64,000 nucleotides of DNA from the human T2T-CHM13v2.0 reference genome, Homo sapiens, in NCBI RefSeq assembly GCF_009914755.1, contig NC_060943.1; one strand, given 5' to 3'. The translations under genes and the position numbers were made by a program. The notes under the pieces are model-generated. The model saw only the letters and a list, made by a program, of their open reading frames with translations, was not told the DNA's origin and did no database searches. Positions 13,842 through 27,772 of the stretch are shown in pieces; position 1 is the stretch's first letter; each line of letters starts with the position of its first letter.

Positions 13842-16465
13842 AGGCAGGGATCGGAGGAAGTAGACTCAGAGGTAAGGAGAATTTTGGGGCCTAATGGCTT
13901 CCTGATGTTTGATAGGTGTTCCTTTGGAAGTTAGGAATTCCCTTTCCATATTGCTGTGTGGGCATGGAGGTCTAGCTAAGCATAAAGTTTGTACATATAT
14001 TTACCCTTTTTCATTCTCCTAATTCTAGTGTATAATGGCTCCTGCTTTTGCTAGGATGTCTCTCCCTAACAAAGGTGTGGGGCTTTCAGGCATAATTAAA
14101 AAGGCTTGTGAAAAGAGTCAAGTTCCCCAGTCACAACTTAGTGGCTGGGAGAAGTATCTAGTGACTGCCTGTTCTAGGACCCCTTGGATAGTGACACATC
14201 TGGAGGACAGTTGTCCAGGACAGGAGAATAAGACTGAGAAGTCCACACAAGTGTCCAAGAGACAGTTAGCCTCCTGGACCTCAATGGCCAAGCATACCTG
14301 GGGAGGGTGATGGCGTGGGCTGGTGCTTGCCCTGGGCACCCTCATTCCTGCTGCTGGATAATTTGGTTAGGGCTTCTGACGCAGAGGACCTTTGTCCCCT
14401 GGGGCAGTGGGCCTTCCAGTGATTCCCTTGACATAAGGGGCATGGACAAGGAGGTGGCTTATTTCTATTCGGACAATCTTTTTAAAAGGGTCCTTGCAGA
14501 CCACACTGGAAGCAAGCCCTATTAAGCATTTGATTTTCCCAGCCTTTCCCTTTTCCAGAGCCTCCAAAGTCTGCTTGCCTGAGGGTCATGACTAAAGCTA
14601 TGGCCTTTTCTCGTTGTTGTTAGTTTGTCCCATTCTGCCTGCTCCTCCTGATCTATAGTATAAAAAAAAACAAAAACAAAAACACTGAGGTTGCCAAGTT
14701 CAATAGGGTTTCTAAGTTTTGTTCCGGGCCTAAGGCGGACTTTTGAAGTTTTTTCTAAAGCCTGCAGCTGACTGAGTGATAAACTTGTCCTTTAAGATTA
14801 GTTGGCCTTCAATAGAGTCAGGTGACAGAGAGGTATGCTTTCTCAATGCCACCCTTTGTCTCTCCAGAAAGGCAGTGGGGTTTTATTCCTTTCCCTGTGT
14901 TATAGTGGACATCATTGAATACTTTATAGGCTTCTTCCTAGTTTTCCTCAGTCCTTCTAGCATGCAAGTTAGCAAATGTCTGTGGCACCAATCTCCATGT
15001 TCTGATCCTGCATCCCAATGAAGGTCTACACTGGGAACTTCCTACTGGCCTGTGGGGAATTGTTCTCTTTCCTCTGTTGTCATCCTATCATTGACCTGAC
15101 TGAGATACCAGAGATCACCAAACTCTCGGGCTGCAGTTATGGTGGATTAGTGTCTGATCTAGCTGTAACATTTATATCTCACTATGTCAGATCAAAGGAT
15201 TGTCCTAACCCTTGTAAAACATCATGGTTATCTGAGAATTTACCTAGGTCTATTTTAATTTGTTTCAAGTCTGACAGGAAAAAAGTTACATAAACTCTGA
15301 CTGGGCTGAATTCTCCAGAATATATCTTAGGGGTGTTTTTGCCTTGGGGAGAACATTTCCCATCTGAAAAAAAGAACATAGAGATGACAGAACCCCTAGT
15401 CACTTTCCACTGAGCATTAGTCCTAGAGCATCCTCTATGTCCTAATGCTTATTCCTTTCCAGGGTGCATAATACCCATGGACTTCTGCTTATTGGATTAG
15501 TTATGTTCACCGATGTAGCAGTCCTGCATCTGTTTTCTCACCTTTCTTGACCACAGAGAAAGGGGTCTGGGCTGCTGGATTCCAGTGGTCCTTTACCAGC
15601 ATGCCCAACATTGCCTTTGCACTCAAGAGGTGAGTTCTAGAGCTGGGCTGGGTTCCTATTTGATAACAACCCAGCTGCCCCATCAAGATGCACTCCCATA
15701 AACAGTTCTTATGTAAATTAATTTCAGAGAGGGTGTAGGTAAACTTTTGAGTCAGGATTGAGATAAGAGTTGTTTTATTCTGAAAGTACTTTAAGGATTG
15801 GCTGAGTGCAAAGAGCTCGCACGCTTGAGAGGACTAATTATTAGATAATTTTCCTAACTGCTTCTACAAGAGTTTCCCTATTGTTCCCCCGACCCCCACC
15901 TCAATCACCCAGGAGGAACCATCTGTCATCCTGTCCTGGAGGGAGTTCCTCCTAGGTCTGGTCAGACCTTTGTATGGTAATTAAGATTTAAATACCTCAT
16001 TAGGAAATCTGCTGGGTTAAGGGAATTTTCAGTGGTTAATGTTAAATCAACTTTTTCTAACAGAATAGCCCCATACTTTAAGATTGAGTTAGTAAGCTAC
16101 CTTTTTGCTCCTTTTACTTTGGATAGCTCTGAACTGGTGAGATGTGCTCACAATGAAGTTTCTTCTAAAAGTTATTTTTCTCTTTTCTTCTGTTAGCAAA
16201 GCAGTGGCTGCTACCGATGGAATACATTTGGGCCATCTACAGGTTACTGGGGTTAAGGATTTTGATAAGAAGGCTACTGGTTGTCAGTGGTCTTAGTGCT
16301 TTTAGGCAATGCCCTTGTTTACACTGACAACAATATAGTATTGGAGTGTTATAGGGTCACGGAGAAGACCATTAGTTATCAATTATAGGTTTTAAATTTA
16401 TCCTGGCTTTTAAAGGAATAAGTTACACTGTTTTTTCTTTAACTACTTACATCTCTCTTTCTCCT
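13842..16465 (-). pseudogene. HERV-W (HERV17) leader-gag-pro-RNaseH fragments
   Basis: SDLKQIKIDLGKFSDN...GLGQSFDLT (gag CA), NC region, LLDT...FSVLFSCPGQLSSR (protease), LELGE.KRVNI...HAH.AIW...[11 protein letters not shown] (RNase H). Confidence 0.85.
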
Positions 16466-16506
16466 TTGTAGATGGATTTTGGAAACACAGCGGAAGGACA
16501 TTTGCG

Positions 16507-17131
16507 GTCCTCCCTGCTGGATTAAAGTTACAGGAAATTGCCATGCTTCAAGGTCTTCATCTACTCTAGCCTTTTGAATATAATTTTATATAGCACCACC
16601 AATTGCTCCAGGTTTTAATGTTGCAACTACAGGAGCAGTAAGTCTCATAGCTAATTCATCTTCTCACCCATTAAGGGGAGAGAGAGGAGGTGGCCTTCAC
16701 TTAATTGATCAGGTGGAGCCAATGGGCTAGTAAAACATACTTTTTTCAGTTTCCCTTTCTTTTAATTTCTGTTTCCTGTTCCTCACATTCAGAATCTGAA
16801 GTTAGTTTTTACACTCGTCCTCCTCTTCTTTATCTGAATCTGCTTCATCATGTGTTTGAAATACCTCAAGAGCTGCTTTTATTAGCACCCACATTGAACA
16901 AACCAAGACTGGAATTTTTGCTCCATCTTTATACACTTTTTAAAAATCTCTGCTAATTCTCTCCCATTCCTCCAAAGCCATAGTCCCTTGTTCCGGGAAC
17001 TATGGACAAAACTGCTTTATTGCACTAAAAAGTGAGTGATAACAAATTCTGAGTACTAACTTTCACTCCCCCTCTTCGTAATAAGTGCTTTAAGAAATTT
17101 AAATAAGCAGAATGCTTTCACGTTGTCCCAT
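16507..17131 (-). pseudogene. HML-1-type gag 5' part (MA to start of CA), degraded
   Basis: ATGGGACAA at 17131; ...LLRRGGVKVSTQNLL...QFCP.FPEQGTM...EAWQFPVT. Confidence 0.85.
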
Positions 17132-17259
17132 TTTTTTACCCTGGTTCTTCCAAGCCCTCAACTTTCCCGCCGACGTTCTTTTAAACGTCCTCGGGTTACC
17201 TTTGGCGATGCGTCCTCTGCTTTCACATGCTCTAGTGTTCCTTCACCGGGGTCTTTGTC

Positions 17260-17278
17260 ACCCCACATTGGGCGACCA
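17260..17278 (-). promoter_or_regulatory. tRNA-Lys primer binding site
   Basis: TGGTCGCCCAATGTGGGG, similar to the Lys(CUU) PBS TGGCGCCCAACGTGGGGC, 4 nt from the 5' LTR. Confidence 0.8.
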
Positions 17279-17282
17279 GGAA

Positions 17283-17681
17283 TGTTGGGGTGATCAGACC
17301 CAACACCAGGTCATGGGAGTGACAAAGTCCAGCAGAGTCAAAGGACTGAGAAAAAGACTTTGAGAGCGAAAAAGGTGGGACACCAGGGGGCCATCGCTAA
17401 TTGAGGAGGCTGCGAAGGCCCTGAGCTCTGGGAACCCACCGATTTTATTGGTAATCCAACAAAGAAACAGGTGGTGAGAACGTGGAGGTCAAAAGGGTGG
17501 GCCCATTATCTACAGTTGTGACGGTTTAGCATTTATATGTAACATGTTCTACTACTTGAGATAATGGGAATGGAGCCTAGGAAGGCTAGAAGCAAGGAGC
17601 CAGCAAGTCTAGTCACATTTCAGAGGACTTTATGCAAGTCCTGCCTCAGTTTGCCTCCCAACACTCAGCTTTTTCCCAACA
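17283..17681 (-). mobile_element. 5' LTR (LTR14A/B-like)
   Basis: TGTTGGGAAAAAGCTGAGTGTTGGGAG...GGTCTGATCACCCCAACA; ~10-12% diverged from the 3' LTR by eye. Confidence 0.85.
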
Positions 17682-18291
17682 ACTTTACTTCTTACAACAA
17701 CTTATCATGGGAATGGTAAATTTGGTGGTGAAAAACTGTCTCTTTTCTAAAAGAAGGCTAAATCTGAATCAGAATTGTACTTAGGAAAATTAAGTTGTGA
17801 AACTTTAAGAAGCTTTTGAACACAAAATGGTTCTTAGAAAACTTATTTTCATAATTTAAATACACATCAAATTCAGAGAAACACAAGTTAAGCATCCTTT
17901 AAGTTACTCTTGGTTTAAAACTTTTAAGTAGAATATTTTAACCACATACATATTCATTTAACTAAACAAGGAGGAGGGCAGGACAAAGGTCAGACCAGTG
18001 GCACTGTATGGCTAAAAGATCATACCTTTCATTATACTAGACAGTTTTTGTCTGAGGCCTGGGGTCCCAGAACATAAAAATGATCACTGTCTCCTTTATT
18101 GCTTCCCTGTATTATCCCCATCCTTCTCAGCCAGGGCAGCTGACTGACATCCACCTTCTCAAGAGGACATGCAAGGACAGAAGACGTGGCTCAGAAACAC
18201 TGCTCTATGAAAAGGGCAGATAGTTATGTAAGAATTTTGTAAAAACATGAGTTTTTAATGAATGCAAAAACATGAACTGTCAAGCAAGTAA

Positions 18292-18794
<503 letters not shown>

Positions 18795-19914
18795 TAGAGC
18801 TCTTATTTACTATGGAGTTTTCAAATACATTGAACACCACTTAATGTTTTCCTCAATCCCAAGCTTCTTGTAAAACTTTCACGTTGCCAACCATGGCATC
18901 TTAGAGGCAAATAAAAGCTTACCTACTTTATGGAATTTCAGATTTCTAAAAATAGCACATGCAATACAAGTCATGCACCCAGTATGCTTGTGGATGTTTT
19001 AAAGGCCACTACTATACCTTCCAAGCAGGCTTCCTTGACTTCAGCTCTGCTGACATCTGTGGCTGTTCTGTGCATTGTAATATGCGGAGCAGCATTTCTA
19101 ATGTCTGTGCACTAAAGGCCGGTAGCATCCTTCCCCAACACAAGACATTCAAAATTCCGGAAAGGAAATCCACAGTGGATGCCCACGAAGCTTCCTAATC
19201 TCAAAATATAACACTTGATTACATATGTAGGTTTTGAGTTTCTGGAACATGTATTTTATCCTTACAACTATCCCATGAGGTAGAAAATCTACTGAAAAGA
19301 TGCCTATCATCGTAGTCAGCAATGACAATGCCACCAAAGGCTAAAGTTTCATTTTAAATTCCTTTATACCTTCAAATTCAATAAAATTTTGAAAAAAAGA
19401 TCTTCTTTATTAAAAATAACAACACACACACAGAGGTAAATAAGCAGTATACATTTAAAGCTACATTTTTTTTAGATCAAGTTGACTCTATAAAGCAGTT
19501 TTTCCATGGAGCTAGGGGTAGTTATGCATTGTGGATCCTGAGGTTAATTTATTTCCAGCTCTGGGCATATCATAAAGCAGCTATCAAATAGGTCAACATA
19601 CCCACCCAACCCTAATAGTGTTACTCTGAGTATAAACATGGAATCTTTGCTGAATGGTTTCAAAAAAGCAGGGTGAAAATAACTTAGTCCAAGAAGATAC
19701 ATCAAAATAAATAAGGAACATTTTTAAGTAATTAAACCACCGGAAATATCACACATTTTATGTAATCTTATCCCATTGTCTCTGAGGAAAGGGAAAAAAG
19801 AGAAAGTACAAAGCCAGCTAGAGAAAGACAAATACAGCTTTTAAAAGCTCTAATTAACCCCACTAAGAAATTTTTTTGGCTACCTGGAGTACGCAGGCAC
19901 TGTATAATGTAGGG

Positions 19915-20412
19915 CAGTTGTCCCCAACCTTTTTGGCACTAGGGTCTGGTTTTGCAGAAGACAGGTTTTTCACATATGTGGTGGGACGGTTTTCTTTTGG
20001 AATAATTCAAGCACACTACATTTGTTGTGCACTTTCTTTCTATTATTACATTGTAATGTATAATGAAATAATTATGCAACTCACCATAATGTAGAATCAG
20101 TGAGAGCCCTGGGATTGTTCTCCTGCAACTAGATGTTCCCATCTGGTGGTGATGAGAGACAGTAACAAATCCTTAGGCATTAGATTCTCATAAATAGTGT
20201 GCAACCTACATCCCTCACATGTGCAGTTCACAATAGGGTCTGCACTCCTAGGATAATCTAATGCTGCCACTGATCTGTAATATGAACAATGGGGAGTGGC
20301 TGTGAATACTGATGAAGCTTCGCTCACTCACTGTTCATCTCCTGTTGTGCAGCCTGGTTTATAACAGGCCACAGACTGGTATCTGTCTGTGCCCTGGGTG
20401 TTGGGGGCCCCG
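19915..20412. mobile_element. MER1A-like hAT/Charlie DNA transposon (non-autonomous)
   Basis: CAGTTGTCCCCAACCTTTTTGGCAC...GTTGGGGGCCCCG termini, ~500 bp, 8-bp TSD ATGTAGGG (19907-19914, 20413-20420). Confidence 0.88.
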
Positions 20413-20434
20413 ATGTAGGGCAATTACATTTATT

Positions 20435-20697
20435 CATTTATTTATTGAGTGCAATGGCATGATCCTGGCTCACTGCAATTTTCAACTTCCAGGTTCAAGC
20501 AATTCTCCTGCCTCAGCCTCCCCAGTAGCTGTGATTACAGGCATGAACCACTATGCCCGGTTAATTTTGTATTTTTACTAGAGATGGAGTTTCACCATGT
20601 TGGCCAGGCTGGTCTCAAACTCCTGGCCTCAGGTAATCCACTCATCTCAGCCTCCCAAAATGCTGGGATTACAGGCACAAGCCACCATGCCTGGCTG
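20435..20697 (-). mobile_element. Alu (AluS) with 3' deletion
   Basis: Alu body; TSD GCAA(T/C)TACATTTATT. Confidence 0.9.
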
Positions 20698-21191
20698 GCA
20701 ACTACATTTATTACCATCCATTTATTACCAGGGCACCTATGTTGTACAGTGCCTGGCACACAACAGGTAGCCAATAAACAGCTATTGATCTAATGCAGGA
20801 ATAATAAAGTAAGGTTTATTTTTTCTCCTTTAACATGCTGTAGTTGTGTCAGATGTTAATAAGACCTCCGGAGTCTGCCTGAAGTAACATAAAACAAAAG
20901 ACCCATTCATCAAACAATCACCTGGACCCCCTAACTTGTTACAAGTTAGGTATGAATGTACCACCTGTACCAGCTTAGTGAGATGAATGTTTACCATCAC
21001 ATAACAAATACTTGTTTGCCACGCTAAGGGCTTAGAGTTTGAATTTCTGATGAGAAATAAAGTGGCATGTACAAAACCCCAGAGAATGATATTCCATATA
21101 TCCATAAGCATCAGTAGCATATCTTAAAAGTCTCACACATCCAGCAAATCCTTTAAAAACAAGATATCCTAATATGCAGCCAGTTTAGCAA

Positions 21192-21489
21192 TTTTTTTTT
21201 TTTTTCAGAGTCTCTCTCTGTCACCCAGGCTGGAGTACAGTGATGCTAGATGGGCTCACTGCAAGCTCCGCCTCCTGGGTTCACGCCATTCTCCTGCCTC
21301 AGCCTCCCTAGTAGCTGGGACTACAGGCGCCCGCCACAACGCCCGGCTAATTTTTTGCGTGTGTGTTTTTTAGTAGAGACGGGGTTTCACTGTGTTAGCC
21401 AGGATGGTCTCGATCTCCTGACCTCATGATCCGCCAGCCTCGGCCTCCCAAAGTGCTGGGATTACAGGCGTGAGCCACCGTGCCCGGCC
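21192..21489 (-). mobile_element. AluY
   Basis: GCAAGCTCCGCCTCC, TTCACGCCATTCTCC, GTTAGCCAGGATGG diagnostics; CpG-rich. Confidence 0.95.
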
Positions 21490-22149
21490 AGCAATATTTT
21501 TAAGAATGATAAGACAGTGCAGCTTCATTTACCTGAAATGGAGCACAAGTTCTTTTTGAAGGAATTCATACCCATTCCTGCAAAAGTTCTGTGGTCTCTT
21601 GAAGGTAGCACAGAACTAAGCGTTTTTTTGTGTGTGTGTTTCCAAAGAGGTTTTAGCCAAGATTTTAGTCTCTAACAGACTCCCTGATTAAAATATGGCT
21701 TAGAAACTATACCTGCCTACTTGAAAAAGCATCAAATCTACAGAATACTTTTCACGGATGTACAAAAATGAAAACAAAATAACATTCTACTTTTTGCAAT
21801 TCACTTTTTCTCACCTTCCACTTCTCTTAAATATACTTCAGAATCATTATGCACAGGTGCAGAGACCACTACATATCTAAAAAAGGAGAAAACCCTCAAA
21901 TATTTGGGGATGGACTGGCAATATTGCCTTGCAGAAATAATTTTGTTTCCTTCAGACAGAAATGTCTCACTATTTTCAGCATTCTTACCTAACAGGCAAA
22001 TTTTGTTTCCATTGACTTTGAAAGGGCTAAGCTTAAATCTAAACTCTTAAACAAGAATGAAGTTTAAATTTTTTATTAATGAAAATCCCAGACAGGTTTT
22101 TCCAAATCTTTATATATTTATATATAAACGTAACAAATCTTTATATATT

Positions 22150-23662
<1,513 letters not shown>

Positions 23663-23749
23663 AATCTTTATATTTTTTATTCACCCTTCTCTCTCTCTCC
23701 ACAACCACTAACATAACCACCCACAAAAGAAGAAGACAATCCCTTCAAT

Positions 23750-24900
23750 GTTCCCCGAATGTGTGCTGCTGCTAGCTCGGAAGCTCTGTAGAGTTTTGTA
23801 ACGGAGTGTGAACTGCTGGCCTGGATCTCCTAACCAGTAAGGAGAGAGGGAGGACAAATCCGCTGAGCAGGTAAAAATTCTTTCCTCCTCGTTATAATCT
23901 TTCATGGATTCAGCACTGAGGAGAGTGGCCAGGGCATGGGGCCCGTGCAAAGTGGCCCAATGGCCAGCACGTTCTGCACCGAGCAGGGTCCCCACGCCCT
24001 GCATATCTCCGCCCTGCCTGGAAAGGAAGTGGTCCCGCCAGGCAGTGGAATCGGCCGCTGTGCCCCATCCTCACTCTGGGCCAGGGAATGGGTCACATCC
24101 TTGATGTGCCCTCGGCCCAGAAAACGCGCCGCTTCGCAAGGAGGGCGTCGGCAACTGGAATGACATCCCCTACTCCTTAGTAAACATTAGGGTCGCAGTT
24201 TCCTAACAGACATGAGTGGGATGGGGAGAGGGGTCCCAGGCAGAGGCTGGTGCTGGGGGCAGAGGAAACCACAGTAGGATGAGGGCCGGTGTGGGAGGAG
24301 GAAGGGAAGCCCCGGAACTGCTACAAATTTTTTCAGCGGGAGAAGGTCCTCCGCCTTTTTCCAGGACTCACGAGGCACCTGGCACCGAGCCCCCGACTCG
24401 CACAAGGAAGGTGAACTCCACACTGATGGATCCCTGTAAAACACGCACCTGTCCAATGGAAGGGCGAGGAACGATCGGCGCCCCCATGGCAAGTCCCTGA
24501 CACCCTTCTTTCCTGTGTGCCTTAGGTGGTAGTCGGCCACAACACAACCGCCAGCCAGGAAAAGGCCAGGGTGCGGGGATGCCCGCTGCCCCCTCGACGC
24601 CAGTGTCCTCTGCCCAGGAAGATCAAATCCGCAGAGCAGGGTGCGACAGGGGCTTCCACCAAATACCTTGGCGAGAGCACCCCAGGAGGCCACCTCACGG
24701 CTGGCACCCCCAATGCTTTGCGGCTGCAGGGGAAAGCAGGAGCCCTAGTTTCCAGGATTCCCTGCCAGAAAGGGCCTGGAAGGACCACAGAAGGAAAGTT
24801 CCTCATTCCACAGGGGAAGGATGCCGGGAGACAGAGGGCAGAAAGTGGTGGGCAGCGTTGGGAAGATGTTTCTGGCATTCAAGGCTTGCACCTTCTGAGT
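23750..24900. promoter_or_regulatory. GC-rich, CpG-island-like (partly decayed) region
   Basis: Abrupt rise in GC and CpG relative to flanks; GGAAGTGG ETS-like motif at ~24025; no recognisable CDS. Confidence 0.55.
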
Positions 24901-25184
24901 CCTGGTGGTGCTGTAGCAAATGAATTCACCCCGCTATTCCGGGAGGCCAAGGCAGGTGGAGCATTCGAGCCCAGAAATTTCAAATCAGCCTGGGCAACGT
25001 GGTCAGACGCCGTCACTACAAAAAACATTTAGTCAGGTGTGATGGGCCACGCCTGTATTCCCAGCTACTCGGGAGGCTGAGGTGAGAGGATCTCTTGAGA
25101 CTACAGTGAGTCATAATCTTGTGCCACTGCACTTCAGCCTAGGTGACGGAGCAAGACCCTTTATCAAAAAATAAATAAATAAAC
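24900..25184 (+). mobile_element. Old Alu (AluJ-like), degraded
   Basis: GGGAGGCCAAGGCAGGTGGA...GAGCCCAG...CCCAGCTACTCGGGAGGCTGAGGTG...(AAAT)n tail. Confidence 0.85.
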
Positions 25185-25334
25185 AACTATATAAATAAAC
25201 TCAGCCACGGGGGTTGGGCCCGATTCCTATCCTCCACAAGCTAATATAGATACACATTAGGTTTTGCTAGTGCAGCGCTGCAGAAGCTGCCACTATGTGT
25301 GCTGGATGCTGATTGGCATGACCAGTGGCTCTGT

Positions 25335-27772
25335 AAGAGGAGGAGTAGCAGTGGAGGAGTGGAGATAGAGGAAGAGGAAAAAAGAAGGGGAGAAGAAAAG
25401 GAGAAGAGGAAAAGGAGGAGAGAAAATGGGAGGAGAAAATGAGAAGAACAAGAGGAGAGGAGGAGAAAATGAGAAAAAGATAGTAAGAATAGAGGAAGTG
25501 GAGAAAAAAAAACATCAGAAGGGGACAATGGGACCAGGAGAAGAGACGAGGAAAAGGAAGCTGGGACAACGAGAGGAGAAGGAAAAGATAATGAGGAGGA
25601 GGAAAAGAGGAGGACTAAGAGGAGAGGTGGAGAGAAAAAGGAGGGAAGGAGGAAGAGGAGTAGGAGAGGAAGAGGAGCAGGAGGATGGGAGAAGTATGAA
25701 GAGAAAATGAATAAGGAAGCGAAGGAGGAGAGGAAGAGATGAGAAGGACGAGAGGAGGAGGAAGAGGAAAGAAGAAAGAGGAGAGGAGGAAAGAAGAAAG
25801 AGGAGAGGAGGAGCAGAGAAGAGGAGGAGGATAAAAAGGAGAAGGGTAGGAGAAGAGAAGGAGGAGAAGAGTGAGAAAAGGAGGAAGACAGGACGAGGAG
25901 GAGCAGAGGAGGAAGTAAAGAGGGAAGAAGGAGAGAAGGAGAAGAAGAGACAGGAAAAGGGGAGGAGGAGGGGAGGGGGAGAAGAAGACGAGAAGGAGGA
26001 GGAGAGGAAAAGGAGAAGCAGGAAAAGAGATGGAGGAGAAGAGGAAAGGAAAAGAAGGAGAAGATGAGGAGAAGAGAAGAGGAGGAAGAGCAGGAGATGA
26101 GAAGGAGAAGAAAAGGAGGAGAGGAAGAGGAGAAGAAAGGTGAGAGGAAAAAAGAGGAGTAGAAGAGGAGAAGGTGGAGGAGGAGAGAAGGAGGAAGAGG
26201 AGGAGAAGGAGGAGAGGAGGAGCAGAGAAGGAGGAGGAGAGAAGGAATGGAGGAAGAATAGGAGAGAAGTAGGAGGAGGGAAAAGAAGAAGGAGGGGAGG
26301 ATGAGAGGAGAAGGAGGAGGAACAGGAGAAGAGGAGACAGAGAGGAGGAAAAGAAGGAAAGGAAGAGGAGATGCAGGAGGAAAAAGAAGGAAAGGAGGAG
26401 GAGAAGGTAGACGAGGAGAGGAGAAAGAGGAAGAGAAAATGAGGAGAAGTAGAAGGAGGTGAGGAGGAGGAGAGAAGGAGAAAAGGGGAGGAGAATGGGG
26501 GGATTAGGAGAGGAGAAAAAGGAGAAGGAGAGTAGAAAAAGGAGTAGGAGGAGAACAGGAGAAGGAGGAGGAGGAAAAAGAGTAGGAGAGGAGAAGGAGG
26601 AGGAGTGGAGGAGGAAGAGGAAGAGGAGACAAGGAGAAGGAGGAGAGCAGGAGGAAGAGAGGAAAAGGAGTGGAGGAGGAAGAGGAGATGAAGAGAGGAA
26701 GAGAAGGAGGAGGAAGGAGGAAGAGGAGAGGAGAAGGAAGAGTAGGAGGAGAAAAGGAGAGGAGGAAGAGGAGAAGGAGGAGGAGATGAGGAGGAAGAAA
26801 AGGAAAGAAAGAAGAGGAGGAGAGGAGAAGAAGGAGGAGTTGAGGAGGAGAGGAGTCAGAGAAGGAGTAGGAGAGGAGGCAAAGTAAAAGATTGGTAGTA
26901 GGAGGAAAGGTTTAGGGGGAAAAGGAGAGGAGCAGAATCAGGAGGAAAAGAGGAGGAGATGGGGAGGAACAGAGTAGGAGATGAGAAAAAGGAGGAGGAG
27001 AAGAGAAGGAGGAGAAAGACAAGAGCAGGAGATGAGAAGGAGGAACAGAGTAGGAGATGAGAAAAAGGAGGAGGGGAAGAGGAGAAGGAGGAGGAGGATG
27101 AGAGCAGGAGAGGAGAAGGACAAGGAGAGGAGATGAAGGAGAAATAAAGTAGAAGGAGGGAGAGGAGAAAAAGAGTAGGAGGAGAAGCAGAGGAGCAGGA
27201 GATAAAGGATAAAATGAGAGGAGGAGGAGAAATAGAGGAGAAGCAGAGGAGCAGGAGATAAAGGATAAAATGAGAGGAGGAGGAGAAATAGAGGAGAACC
27301 AGTGGAGAAGGAGGAGGATGACAGGAGGAGGAAGAGGCAATGGAGAAGAGGAGAGGAGGAGAAGAGGAGAAGGGGGAGGAACTGTGGAGGAGGAGGAGGA
27401 GAGGAGAAGGAGGATGGGAGAAGGAGGAGGGGAGAAGGAGGAGAAGAAGACAAGTAGGAGAAGGAGAGAAGGAGGAGGAGGAAAAGAAAAGGAAGAGGGG
27501 GAAAGGAGAAGGAGGAGGAGAGGAGGAGTAGAGGAGGAAGAGGAGAGGAGGAGGAGGAGAGAAAGATGAGAGGAAGAAAAGGAGAGGAGGATGAAGAGAG
27601 AAAGAGGAGAAAATGAGGAGAGGAGGAAGAGGAGGAGACAGAGGAGAAAAAGGGGGAGGGGAGAGGAGTAAGAGAGGAGGAGGAGAGGACAAGGATGAGA
27701 GGAGGAGCAGAAGAGGAAGAGGAAAGGAGGAGATGGAAAGGAGGAAGAGAAAAGGAGAAGAAGATGAAAAAA
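25335..27772. repeat. 2.4-kb polypurine (GA-rich) low-complexity tract
   Basis: Plus strand almost entirely G/A (GAG, GGA, GAA motifs). Confidence 0.98.

Larger units (their letters stand above)
12613..17681 (-). mobile_element. Defective hybrid provirus: HERV-K14/HML-1 backbone with HERV-W (HERV17) interior
   Basis: Paired ~395-bp LTRs (TG...CA), 6-bp TSD ACTTTA (12607-12612, 17682-17687), PBS, PPT, betaretroviral gag and IN ends, gammaretroviral gag-pro-RNaseH in the middle. Confidence 0.9.

Noticed and set aside
12613-17681. Assignment to HML-2 or HML-6
   Set aside because: LTRs are ~395 bp (HML-2 LTR5 is ~1 kb), and the gag N-terminus (RRGGVKVSTQNLL) and Lys(CUU)-type PBS fit HML-1/HERV-K14 better than HML-6 as I recall them.
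23708-25032. Cluster of 60-170-aa ORFs in the GC-rich region
   Set aside because: Expected from high GC, overlapping on both strands, no recognisable homology.
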